NCBI GenBank assembly: GCA_964628235.1
Contig: CAZVLU010000009.1
Span: forward strand, 17,473-81,472
DNA length: 64,000 nt
Direction of reading: 5' to 3'
DNA from: an uncultured Rhizobium sp.
GTDB lineage: Bacteria > Pseudomonadota > Alphaproteobacteria > SMXQ01
In this document: piece after piece, positions 20,450 to 29,091 of the stretch
Layout: each line of letters starts with the position of its first letter
How positions within the stretch are numbered: the first letter of the stretch is position 1
Program-made: the position numbers and the translations under genes
The notes under the pieces: generated by a model
What the model saw: only the letters and a program-made list of their open reading frames with translations
What the model was told of the DNA's origin: nothing
Database searches by the model: none

Positions 20450-20563
20450 CCCCAGGCTTTATTTTCCGACGCTGGGAGCAAAGACTGGCTCAGGATCGTT
20501 TCTGCGCCACGCTGCCTATTTTTCGGGCGAGCTACAGATAGAAACGGGGTTTCGCTTGCCGGA

Positions 20564-22258
20564 TTGGCCCTCTCGCCGCAGACTTCCGGCATGGCGTCAG
20601 CGCTTTCGAACTTGCGCGCGATCCGCAAGGTCAGGAAGGACGCGACTGGCGCTCGAGACCCTGCAGTTTCCCCCCTTGCCGTGCCCTCCCGCGCCATGAA
20701 AGCCGCCAAAATCAAACCCGCCTCGGCTGCCAAACCCAAGTCCGCGCCAAAATCCCCGCCAAAATCCGTGGTGGCGAAAGCCAAAGCGCCGCCTGCTGCG
20801 CCGAAAGCGGCCGCGAGCCCGCGCAAAGCCCTCGCCTTCGACGAAATGACCGCCTTCGCCGGCAACGGCCCGGTCACGCCGGAAAAAGTGCGCGAGGTTT
20901 ATAAAGTCTTCGCCGAATGGCAGGCGACGGTGCCGGCCAAGGAGTTCGAGCGCAAGCGCAAGGAAGCCGAGCTGCTGTTCCGCCGCCTCGGCATCACCTT
21001 CCTGGTTTACGGCAAGGAGACCTCGACCGAGCGCCTGATCCCGTTCGATGTCATCCCGCGCATCTTCACCGCCGAGGAATGGCAGATCATCCACGATGGC
21101 TGCTGCCAGCGCGTGCGCGCCATCAACGCCTTTCTGGGCGACATCTATCACAACCAGGACATCCTCCATGCCGGCCGCATCCCCGCCGAGGAAGTGCTGA
21201 TCAATCCGCAATATCGCCCCGAGATGCAGGGCCTCGACGTGCCGGGCGGCGTCTATGTCCATATCGCCGGCCTCGACCTGGTGCGCACCGGCGAGCGCGA
21301 CTTCTACGTGCTGGAAGACAATCTGCGGACGCCATCGGGCGTCTCCTACATGCTGGAAAACCGCAACGTCATGATGCGGCTGTTCCCCGACCTGTTCTCG
21401 GCCCACAAGGTGGCGCCCGTCGACAATTATCCGGCGCATATGATGGCGAGCCTGCGCGCCCTGGCGCCCGGCGGCGCGAACAACCCGACCGTCGTGCTGC
21501 TGTCGCCCGGCGCTTACAACAGCGCCTATTTCGAGCATGTGTTCCTGGCCGACCAAATGGGCATCGACGTCGTCGAAGGCCAGGATTTGTTCGTGAAAAA
21601 CGGCCATGTCTTCATGCGCACCACCAAAGGTCCGCAGCAAGTCGACGTGATTTATCGCCGCGTCGACGACGATTTCCTCGATCCCTTGGCCTTCCACCGC
21701 GATTCGATGCTCGGCGTGCCCGGCTTGCTCGCCGCCTACCGCGCCGGCAACGTCACGCTGGCCAACGCCATCGGCACCGGCGTCGCCGACGACAAGTCGA
21801 TGTACGTCCATGTGCCCGAGATGATCCGCTTCTATCTCGGCGAAGAGCCGATCCTGCAAAACGTGCCGACTTACGTGCTGCGCGACGACAAGGACCGCGC
21901 TTACGTGCTCGACAACCTCGACAAGCTGGTGGTCAAGGAAGTGCACGGCTCAGGCGGCTACGGCATGCTCGTCGGCCCCGCCGCGACGACGAAGGAGCTT
22001 CAGGACTTCGCCAAGCGCATCGTCGCCAATCCGGGCAATTACATCGCCCAGCCGACGCTCGCGCTGTCGACCTGCCCGACCTTCGTCAGCAAGGGCATCG
22101 CGCCGCGCCATGTCGACTTCCGTCCCTTCGTCGTCACCGGCAAGACGCAGACCCTGGTGCCCGGCGGCCTGACCCGCGTCGCCCTGATCAAAGGCTCGCT
22201 GGTGGTCAATTCGTCGCAGGGCGGCGGCACCAAAGACACTTGGATTTTGGAGAACTGA
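20564..22258 (+). CDS. Circularly permuted type-2 ATP-grasp protein (COG2308 / DUF404-DUF407 amidoligase); N-terminal A/K/P-rich extension uncertain
   Basis: Core from ~FDEMTAFAGNGP... through C-terminal ...GLTRVALIKGSLVVNSSQGGGTKDTWIL matches cpATP-grasp. Internal ATG at 20846 would give a canonical-length protein. Confidence 0.8.
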   Translation: MALSPQTSGMASALSNLRAIRKVRKDATGARDPAVSPLAVPSRAMKAAKIKPASAAKPKSAPKSPPKSVVAKAKAPPAAPKAAASPRKALAFDEMTAFAGNGPVTPEKVREVYKVFAEWQATVPAKEFERKRKEAELLFRRLGITFLVYGKETSTERLIPFDVIPRIFTAEEWQIIHDGCCQRVRAINAFLGDIYHNQDILHAGRIPAEEVLINPQYRPEMQGLDVPGGVYVHIAGLDLVRTGERDFYVLEDNLRTPSGVSYMLENRNVMMRLFPDLFSAHKVAPVDNYPAHMMASLRALAPGGANNPTVVLLSPGAYNSAYFEHVFLADQMGIDVVEGQDLFVKNGHVFMRTTKGPQQVDVIYRRVDDDFLDPLAFHRDSMLGVPGLLAAYRAGNVTLANAIGTGVADDKSMYVHVPEMIRFYLGEEPILQNVPTYVLRDDKDRAYVLDNLDKLVVKEVHGSGGYGMLVGPAATTKELQDFAKRIVANPGNYIAQPTLALSTCPTFVSKGIAPRHVDFRPFVVTGKTQTLVPGGLTRVALIKGSLVVNSSQGGGTKDTWILEN

Positions 22259-22261
22259 CGC

Positions 22262-23203
22262 ATGCTGGGACGCAGCGCCAATCACCTCTACTGGATGTCG
22301 CGCTACATCGAGCGCGCCGAGAACACCGCGCGCATCTTGGAGATCAGCCAGCGCATGGCGCTGCTGCCCCATGTCGCCAAGAAGGGCGCCAGCGAATGGC
22401 AGGCCGTGCTCGAGATCGCCGGCGACGTCGAGGATTACACCAAGCGCTATGGCGACATCACCGCTGCCAAGGTGACGGCCTATCTCACGCTCGACCGCGA
22501 GAACTCGTCGAGCATTTGGTCGACGATCCGCGCCGCGCGCGAGAACGCCCACGCCGAACGCGTCTGCATCACCTCGGAAATGTGGGAAAGCCTCAACGCC
22601 ACCTGGCTCGAGGTGAAAGATCTGACGCCGGCGATGCTCGGCAAGAACGGCCAGCGCGACTTCTTCGACTGGATCAAGGAGCGCTCGCATCTGTTCCGCG
22701 GCATCACCTTCGGCACCATGCTGCGCGACGAAGCCTATCACTTCGGCCGCCTCGGCACCTTCGTCGAGCGCTCCGACAATGTCGCGCGAATCCTCGACGT
22801 GAAATATCACGTGCTGCTGCCCTCGGTCGACGATGTCGGCGGCGTGATCGACAATTTCCAGTGGGGCGCGCTGCTGCGCTCGGTCTCCGGCTTTCGCGCC
22901 TATCATCGCGTCTATCACGACACGATCGAGCCGCGCCGCGTCACCGAACTGCTGATCCTCAATGATTCGATGCCGCGCTCGCTGCATTCCTGCCTCGATG
23001 CCACCATCGGCCTGCTCGCCATGCTCAGCGCCGAGAAGCCGACGGAAGCGGCGCGCCTCGCCGGCGAACTGCATGCCTCGTTGCATTACGGCAAGATCGG
23101 CGACATCTTCAAGACCGGCCTGCACGAGTTTCTGACGGTCTTCCTGAAGCGCAACAACGCGCTATCGGCCGAAATTCAGCACAGCTTCCATTTGGCGGCT
23201 TAA
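22262..23203 (+). CDS. Alpha-E domain protein (COG2307 / DUF403)
   Basis: MLGRSANHLYWMSRYIERAENTARILEI... is the hallmark alpha-E N-terminus. Immediately downstream of the ATP-grasp gene. Confidence 0.85.
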   Translation: MLGRSANHLYWMSRYIERAENTARILEISQRMALLPHVAKKGASEWQAVLEIAGDVEDYTKRYGDITAAKVTAYLTLDRENSSSIWSTIRAARENAHAERVCITSEMWESLNATWLEVKDLTPAMLGKNGQRDFFDWIKERSHLFRGITFGTMLRDEAYHFGRLGTFVERSDNVARILDVKYHVLLPSVDDVGGVIDNFQWGALLRSVSGFRAYHRVYHDTIEPRRVTELLILNDSMPRSLHSCLDATIGLLAMLSAEKPTEAARLAGELHASLHYGKIGDIFKTGLHEFLTVFLKRNNALSAEIQHSFHLAA

Positions 23204-23208
23204 ACAGC

Positions 23209-24063
23209 ATGAAACTCGCCATCCAGCACGCCACGGTTTACCGCTACGAAGCGCCGGTGAACTACAGCATCCAATATCTGCACCTGACGCCGCGCACGGC
23301 GGCCTGCCAGCGCGTGTTGCGCTGGCGCCTGGAAACGCCCGGCCAGGTGATCGAGATGCCCGACGCCTTCGGCAACATCATGCATGTGCTGGTGGTCGAC
23401 AAGCCGCACGACGAAATCGCCATCCGCGTCAGCGGCGAAGTCGAGACCACCGACACCGCCGGCATCATCGGCAGCGAGACCGAAACCCTGCCGCCCGGCG
23501 TTTATCTGCGCCGCTCGCACCTGACAGAAGGCGGCGCGCCCGTCGCCGATTTGGTCGCGCCGTTGCGCAAGATCGTCGCCAAAGACCGCCTCGACGGCCT
23601 GCATGAACTGCTCCTCAAGGTGAACGGCGCGGTCGCCTACCGCCAAGGCGAGACCGACGCGCAGACCACCGCCGCCGACGCGCTCGCCCAAGGGTCGGGC
23701 GTCTGCCAGGACCAGGCCCATGTCTTCGTCTCGGCGGCACGCGCGTTGGGAATTCCGGCGCGTTATGTCTCCGGCTATCTGCATGTCGGCATCGGCGCCG
23801 GCGAAAACGCCTCGCATGCTTGGGCCGAGGCCTGGGTCGACGCGCTGGGCTGGGTCGGCTTCGACATCACCAACGGCATCTCGCCGACCGAATCGCATTT
23901 GCGCCTCGCCGTCGGGCTCGATTACCTCGCTTGCGCCCCCGTGCGCGGCGTGCGCCGCGGCGGCGGCTCGGAAGCGCTCGACGTCTCCGTGCAAGTTAAC
24001 CAGGGCAGCCTCGCTGTCACACCGACGGCGCCGCTGTCGCCCCACGGCGGGCAAGCCCAATAG
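23209..24063 (+). CDS. Transglutaminase-like cysteine peptidase family protein (COG1305)
   Basis: Catalytic Cys region QGSGVCQDQAHVFVSAARALGIPARYVSGYL, followed by His/Asp region ASHAWAEAWVDALGWVGFDITNG. Confidence 0.85.
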   Translation: MKLAIQHATVYRYEAPVNYSIQYLHLTPRTAACQRVLRWRLETPGQVIEMPDAFGNIMHVLVVDKPHDEIAIRVSGEVETTDTAGIIGSETETLPPGVYLRRSHLTEGGAPVADLVAPLRKIVAKDRLDGLHELLLKVNGAVAYRQGETDAQTTAADALAQGSGVCQDQAHVFVSAARALGIPARYVSGYLHVGIGAGENASHAWAEAWVDALGWVGFDITNGISPTESHLRLAVGLDYLACAPVRGVRRGGGSEALDVSVQVNQGSLAVTPTAPLSPHGGQAQ

Positions 24064-24218
24064 CCGGCAGCCCCTCCCCAGCGAAAATACCCCGCAAAGC
24101 CCGGCGCTCGCGCAGCCCGCAATCGCCCGGCGCACGCCCGCTTTCCTATAGAGCCGCTCCCCCCGCTCCGATATGCTCGCGCACCAAGCGCCCCCCAGCA
24201 GACGATGACCCCGCATCC

Positions 24219-24950
24219 ATGACTTACGCCGTCGGTTTCCTTCTCCAATCCGGTCTTCTCTTTGCCGCCGACACCCGCACCAACGCGGGCGTCGACCATG
24301 TCTCGACCTTCCGCAAACTCACCGTCTTCGACAAGCCGGGCGACCGCGTCATGACGCTGCTCACCGCCGGCAATCTGGCGATCAGCCAGGCGGTGATCGA
24401 AGAGCTGCGCGAGGGCGTGCGCACCAAGCGCAAAGAAAACCTGATGAACGTGCGCAGCCTGTTCGCCGCCGCGCGCCTGGTGGGAACCGCCGTCCGCAAG
24501 GTCCACGACGTCGACGGCGAAGCGCTGCGCCAGCACGACACCGATTTCAACGTCTCCTTCATCTTCGGCGGCCAGATCAAGGGCGAGCATCACCGCTTGT
24601 TCCAGGTCTATTCCGCCGGCAATTTCATCGAAGCGACGATCGACAGCCCTTACTTCCAGATCGGCGAGAACAAATACGGCAAGCCGATCATCGACCGCGT
24701 CATCCGCCACAAGTCGAGCTTGATGGAAGCGGCAAAATGCACGCTGCTGTCGTTCGATTCGACCATGCGAAGCAACGTCTCGGTCGGCCTGCCGATCAAC
24801 CTGATGGCCTATCGCAAGGACAGCTACAAGCGCGGCTTCGAAGTCGAAGTCGACGCCGCCAACGATTATTACCGCAGCGTCGGCGGCTATTGGAGCGACG
24901 CGCTGCGCTTCGCCTTTCAGGAAATGCCCAATCCCGACTGGAAACTCTGA
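24219..24950 (+). CDS. Anbu (ancestral beta-subunit) proteasome-type peptidase (COG3484)
   Basis: MTYAVGF... with Thr directly after the initiator Met, beta-subunit-like fold. Fourth gene of the cluster. Confidence 0.78.
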   Translation: MTYAVGFLLQSGLLFAADTRTNAGVDHVSTFRKLTVFDKPGDRVMTLLTAGNLAISQAVIEELREGVRTKRKENLMNVRSLFAAARLVGTAVRKVHDVDGEALRQHDTDFNVSFIFGGQIKGEHHRLFQVYSAGNFIEATIDSPYFQIGENKYGKPIIDRVIRHKSSLMEAAKCTLLSFDSTMRSNVSVGLPINLMAYRKDSYKRGFEVEVDAANDYYRSVGGYWSDALRFAFQEMPNPDWKL

Positions 24951-25036
24951 GGCGCGCCGAAGCCGCGCGGGCTTGTGATTTTGCCCAGCGATGCCGCCAT
25001 GCTGAACTGCCGCCTCGACATCCTTGAGGACCCGCC

Positions 25037-25579
25037 ATGCCGCTGATGCCCGGCGCTTTCTTGCAGCCGCGCGGCGATGCCACCGCCCGCGCCGCTTTCC
25101 TCGCACTGCTCGCCGCCAGCGTCCTGATTCTCGGCGCCGCCTTCGCCTTTCAGTTCGTCGGCGGGCTGCATCCTTGCGCGCTCTGCCTGTGGCAGCGCTA
25201 TCCCTATGCCGTCGTCATCGGCCTCGCCGGCATCGGCGCCGGCCTGTCGCGCGCCGGCGTCAAGCGCCCGCAACTCGCCATCCTGATGGGGCTCTGCGCC
25301 CTCGCCTTCGTGATCGACGCCGGTATCGCCGGGTTCCATGTCGGCGTCGAGCAAAAATGGTGGGAGGGGCTCGCCACCTGCTCGGGCACGGTGAGCGGCG
25401 CTAACAGCCTCGATGACTTGCGCGATCGCCTGCTCGCCGCCCCGGTGGTGCGCTGCGACGAGATCGCCTGGTCGCTGTTCGGCATCTCGATGGCGGGCTA
25501 TAATTTTCTCTTGGCCCTGGCGCTCGGCCTCATCAGCCTGCGCCTCACCGCGCATCTTCTCAGGACCCCGACGCCATGA
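25037..25579 (+). CDS. dsbB: Disulfide bond formation protein B (DsbB family)
   Basis: Four TM segments, GLHPCALCLWQRYPY (CxxC in first periplasmic loop), second Cys pair ...VVRCDEIAW. Confidence 0.8.
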   Translation: MPLMPGAFLQPRGDATARAAFLALLAASVLILGAAFAFQFVGGLHPCALCLWQRYPYAVVIGLAGIGAGLSRAGVKRPQLAILMGLCALAFVIDAGIAGFHVGVEQKWWEGLATCSGTVSGANSLDDLRDRLLAAPVVRCDEIAWSLFGISMAGYNFLLALALGLISLRLTAHLLRTPTP

Positions 25580-26130
25580 GCGAACCCTCTCGCCCTCGTC
25601 GCCTACCAGGCGACCCCGATCGCAAAGCCATGATCGAGCGCATGATCCGCGTCGACCATGCCGGCGAGCATGGCGCTGTCCGCATCTACGACGGTCAGAT
25701 GGCGGTGCTCAAGCGCGGCCCGGCGGCACGCGCCATCCGCCATATGGCGGCGCAGGAGCAGCGCCACCTCGACAAGTTCGACAAGCTGATGCTGGAGCGC
25801 CGCGTGCGCCCGACGGCGCTGTCGCCGATCTGGGAGGTCGCCGGCTTCGCGCTCGGCGCCGCGTCGGCCCTGCTCGGCCCCAAGGCCGCGATGGCTTGCA
25901 CGGTGGCCGTGGAAGAAGTGATCGAGGAACATTACCGCCATCAGGCCGAAGCGATCGGCGACGACGATCCGGCGCTAAAGGCAACGATCGACGAATTTCG
26001 CGCCGACGAGATGAGCCACGGCGCCACGGCGCTCGATTACGGCGCCAAGGATGCGCCGCTCTACGAAGCTTTCTCGTCCGTGGTGAAGGGCGGCGCGCGC
26101 CTCGCCATCTGGCTGTCGACGAGAATCTAA
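25576..26130 (+). CDS. coq7: Demethoxyubiquinone hydroxylase Coq7 (ubiquinone biosynthesis)
   Basis: Di-iron carboxylate motifs EHGAVRIY, AAQEQRHL, EEVIEEHY, ADEMSHG. ATGA overlap with dsbB. Confidence 0.85.
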   Translation: MSEPSRPRRLPGDPDRKAMIERMIRVDHAGEHGAVRIYDGQMAVLKRGPAARAIRHMAAQEQRHLDKFDKLMLERRVRPTALSPIWEVAGFALGAASALLGPKAAMACTVAVEEVIEEHYRHQAEAIGDDDPALKATIDEFRADEMSHGATALDYGAKDAPLYEAFSSVVKGGARLAIWLSTRI

Positions 26131-26145
26131 GCGCGCAGCCGCGCC

Positions 26146-26610
26146 TTAGACCGGCCTGAGGATCAGCACGGTTCCATCATTGCCGACGACTTCGACCATC
26201 GCGCCGGCCGGCAAGGGCGAGCCGTCGACCGATTTGGCCGTCCACCAGCTATCGTCGATCTGAATTTGCCCGCGCCCCTCGGGCAGCTCGCGTGTCAGAT
26301 GCAGACGCCGGCCGAGATAGCTCTGGCCACGGTTGTTGAGACGCTCCTCGCCGTCCGCCGCCTGGCGGCGCGGCGCGAGCCTCGCCCAGACCACGCCGGT
26401 GGCGATGGACAGCAGGGCGAAGGCGAGCACCTGCAAGCGCCAGTCGAACGGCCCGATCACGGCGACGACGGCGCCGATCACGGCGGCGGAAATCGCCGGC
26501 CACAGCAGATAGGTCGTCGGCGTCATCACCTCGATGGCGATCAACAGGCCGGCGAGCGCCCACCAATGCCAGAACGAGACGTTCCACACCCACTCGATCA
26601 ACGCGTCCAT
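26146..26610 (-). CDS. NfeD-family membrane protein (stomatin operon partner)
   Basis: Two TM helices plus C-terminal OB-fold (GQIQIDDSWWTAKSVDGSPLPAGAMVEVVGNDGTVLILRPV). Overlaps SPFH gene stop. Trimmed from longer ORF. Confidence 0.75.
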   Translation of the reverse strand: MDALIEWVWNVSFWHWWALAGLLIAIEVMTPTTYLLWPAISAAVIGAVVAVIGPFDWRLQVLAFALLSIATGVVWARLAPRRQAADGEERLNNRGQSYLGRRLHLTRELPEGRGQIQIDDSWWTAKSVDGSPLPAGAMVEVVGNDGTVLILRPV

Positions 26611-27587
26611 GGGCCACCCTGTCCTGGTTGACCGCCCTGCGATTGGCCTTTCTCGCCGCCGCCGCCGAACGCTGCCTTGGCCAGTTCGGTGATGCCGCCA
26701 AGGCTGCCGAGCACGGCGCTGGCTTCCACCGGCATCATCAGCACCTTCTGGTTCGGCGCCGAGGCGAGCTTCTCCAGCGCCTCGATATAGCGCTGGGCGA
26801 CGAAATAATTGACTGCCTGAATGTCGCCGCTGGAAATCGCCTGCGACACCGACAGCGTCGCCTTGCCCTCGGCTTCGGCTTCGCGCTCGCGCGCTTCGGC
26901 GTCGCGGAAGGCAGCTTCGCGGCGGCCTTCGGCTTCGAGGATGGCGGCCTGCTTTTGGCCTTCGGCGCGCAAGATGGCCGACTGCTTCTGGCCTTCTGCC
27001 GTCAAAATCTCGGCGCGCTTCAAACGCTCGGCCTTCATCTGCTGGCCCATGGCGTCGGTCAGGTCGGCCGGTGGCGCCAGTTCCTTGATCTCGATGCGCG
27101 TGACCTTGATGCCCCACGGCGTCGTCGCAGAATCGATGACGCGCAACAGCCGCTCATTGATGTCGTCGCGCTTGGAGAGCACGTCGTCGAGCGACATCGA
27201 GCCGATCACCGAGCGCGTGTTGGTCATGGCGAGATTGGTCACAGACTGGCGCAAATTCTCGACCTCATAAGCCGCGGCGGCGGCATCGACCACCTGGAAG
27301 AACACCACGGCGTCGGTCGTCACCGAGGCGTTGTCGTAAGTGATGACGTCTTGCGAGGGGATGTCGATCACAGTCTCGCGCATCGACAATTTCGCGCCGA
27401 TGCGGTCGACGAAGGGGATGATGAGATTGAGGCCGGGGGCCAGGGTGCGGGTATATTTGCCGAAACGCTCGATCGTCCATTCCTCGGCCTGCGGCACGGT
27501 TTTCACGCCGGAATAGATGACGACGAAGGCGACGATGGCCACGCTGATGACGAAAATCAGAAAGGGACTGGGCGCGAACGCTTCCAT
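26598..27587 (-). CDS. SPFH/Band-7 (stomatin/prohibitin-like) membrane protein
   Basis: N-terminal TM, SPFH domain, coiled-coil AEGQKQ repeat region, Gly/Gln-rich C-terminus. Confidence 0.85.
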   Translation of the reverse strand: MEAFAPSPFLIFVISVAIVAFVVIYSGVKTVPQAEEWTIERFGKYTRTLAPGLNLIIPFVDRIGAKLSMRETVIDIPSQDVITYDNASVTTDAVVFFQVVDAAAAAYEVENLRQSVTNLAMTNTRSVIGSMSLDDVLSKRDDINERLLRVIDSATTPWGIKVTRIEIKELAPPADLTDAMGQQMKAERLKRAEILTAEGQKQSAILRAEGQKQAAILEAEGRREAAFRDAEAREREAEAEGKATLSVSQAISSGDIQAVNYFVAQRYIEALEKLASAPNQKVLMMPVEASAVLGSLGGITELAKAAFGGGGEKGQSQGGQPGQGGPWTR

Positions 27588-27710
27588 AACGGGAGCCTCC
27601 TGGCTGGCGGTGCGACGACCGAGGCGCTCGAAGCGCTTCTTGCTGGAAGTTTAGCCGGTTCCCTGGACTTGCCGAGAACTTTTGCGCCCGCCGCGAACCG
27701 TGAAAAAGGC

Positions 27711-28274
27711 CTAAGCCTGCTCCAGCTCGCTGTCCCAATAGAGAAAGTCGCGCCAGCTTTCGTGCAGATAATTGGGCGGATAGGCGCGCCCGTTCTCCTG
27801 CAACTGGATCGTCGTCGGCTGCATCGGGCGGACGCGCGGGAACATCTGCGCCTCGGCCGGCATCAGGCCGCCCTTGTGCAGATTGCACGGCTCGCAAGCG
27901 GCGACCACGTTCGACCAGCTGGTGCGCCCGCCGAGCGATTTGGGAATGACATGGTCGAAGGTCAGCCCCTCGGCCGGGCTGCGCACGCCGCAATATTGGC
28001 AAGAGAAGCGGTCGCGCAAAAACACGTTGAAACGGGTGAAGGCGGGGCGGCGCGCCGCCGGGATGTAGTCCTTGAGCGAGACGACCGACGGCAGCCGCAT
28101 GGCGCGCGACGGCGAGTGAACCTCGCGGTCATATTCCGAGACGATGTTGACGCGACCGAGGAATACCGCTTTGACGGCTTCCTGCCACGGCCACAATGAC
28201 AACGGGAAATAGGACAACGGCCGAAAATCGGCGTTCAGAACCAGCGCAGGACAGCTATCTGGCGAGGCGAGCAA
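27711..28274 (-). CDS. HNH endonuclease family protein
   Basis: HNH/Zn motif CQYCGVRS...LTFDHVIPKSLGGRTSWSNVVAACEPCNLHKG. Confidence 0.8.
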   Translation of the reverse strand: MLASPDSCPALVLNADFRPLSYFPLSLWPWQEAVKAVFLGRVNIVSEYDREVHSPSRAMRLPSVVSLKDYIPAARRPAFTRFNVFLRDRFSCQYCGVRSPAEGLTFDHVIPKSLGGRTSWSNVVAACEPCNLHKGGLMPAEAQMFPRVRPMQPTTIQLQENGRAYPPNYLHESWRDFLYWDSELEQA

Positions 28275-28422
28275 CGCACACTCCCTGGGGATAAGTCGCT
28301 TCCACGGCGCATATCAAACAACAGGGCGATGACCGTTTCAAGACCGCTGCGCAGTTTTTCGCAAGCCCTGGTAGGACGCGGTCTTTCGAACCCCCAAAGG
28401 GGGTATTCCAGTAAGAAAGTTT

Positions 28423-29091
28423 CTAAGCCGGCCGCTGAAAGGCGCGGCGCAGGAAATCGACCCCGAGGGCCAGCCCTTCGGCGTCGATGCTATGGCCGAG
28501 ACCGGGCCGGGTGTGGCCTTCGACCGGCACGTCGAGGGCTTCCAGCGTCGAGAGCGAAACCTGATGGAGACTGTAGGCCACCACCGGATCGTCGTCGCCA
28601 TGAATGAGCATGACCGGCGGGCGCACGCGCATTTCATCGCCCAAACTGTCGGCGCCGACCAGCACGCCGGAGTAACCAAGGATGCCGGCGGGCGGCGTGA
28701 CGCGGCGCAGCCCGACATGCAGCGCCGTCATGGTGCCCTGCGAAAAGCCGACCAAGGCGAGATCGGCGTCGGTCAGCTTGCGGTTGGCCAATTCGAGATC
28801 GAGATAGCGCTCGAGGATCGGCGCGCACATCTGCGCGCCTTCCATCATGCGCGCCGGGGCGCGGTCGTTCAGGCTGAACCATTGCTTGCCGTAGGGCGCC
28901 ATCTCGCAAGGAAACGGCGCGTGCGGCGAGACGAAGGCGGCGTCGGGCAGCGCCTGCGCCAGATGCGGCGCCAGGCCGATCAGGTCGTTGCCGTCGGCGC
29001 CGTAGCCATGCAGCAGCACGACGAGCTGCCGGGCCGGACCGCCCGAGGCGGGCTCGAGCGAGGGCCCTTCGAGTTTCGGAAAACTGCTCAT
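28423..29091 (-). CDS. Alpha/beta hydrolase, phospholipase/carboxylesterase family
   Basis: LHGYGADGNDL, nucleophile elbow GFSQGT, IHGDDDPVV. Start trimmed to ATG 29091. Confidence 0.75.
   Translation of the reverse strand: MSSFPKLEGPSLEPASGGPARQLVVLLHGYGADGNDLIGLAPHLAQALPDAAFVSPHAPFPCEMAPYGKQWFSLNDRAPARMMEGAQMCAPILERYLDLELANRKLTDADLALVGFSQGTMTALHVGLRRVTPPAGILGYSGVLVGADSLGDEMRVRPPVMLIHGDDDPVVAYSLHQVSLSTLEALDVPVEGHTRPGLGHSIDAEGLALGVDFLRRAFQRPA

Noticed and set aside
20597-23125. Large ORFs 20597..21946(-), 20917..22965(+), 21950..23125(-)
   Set aside because: Out-of-frame/antisense over the cpATP-grasp and alpha-E genes. Low-complexity Arg/Ala/Gly translations.
26628-28199. 523-aa plus-strand ORF
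   Set aside because: Antisense to SPFH and HNH genes.
28275-28422. Overlapping ORFs 28329..28607(+)/28338..28718(-) and hairpin cccccaaaggggg (~28391-28403) in HNH-esterase spacer
   Set aside because: ORFs overlap the esterase gene out of frame. Hairpin is short, lacks a U-tract on either strand, and has no supporting context for an sRNA.
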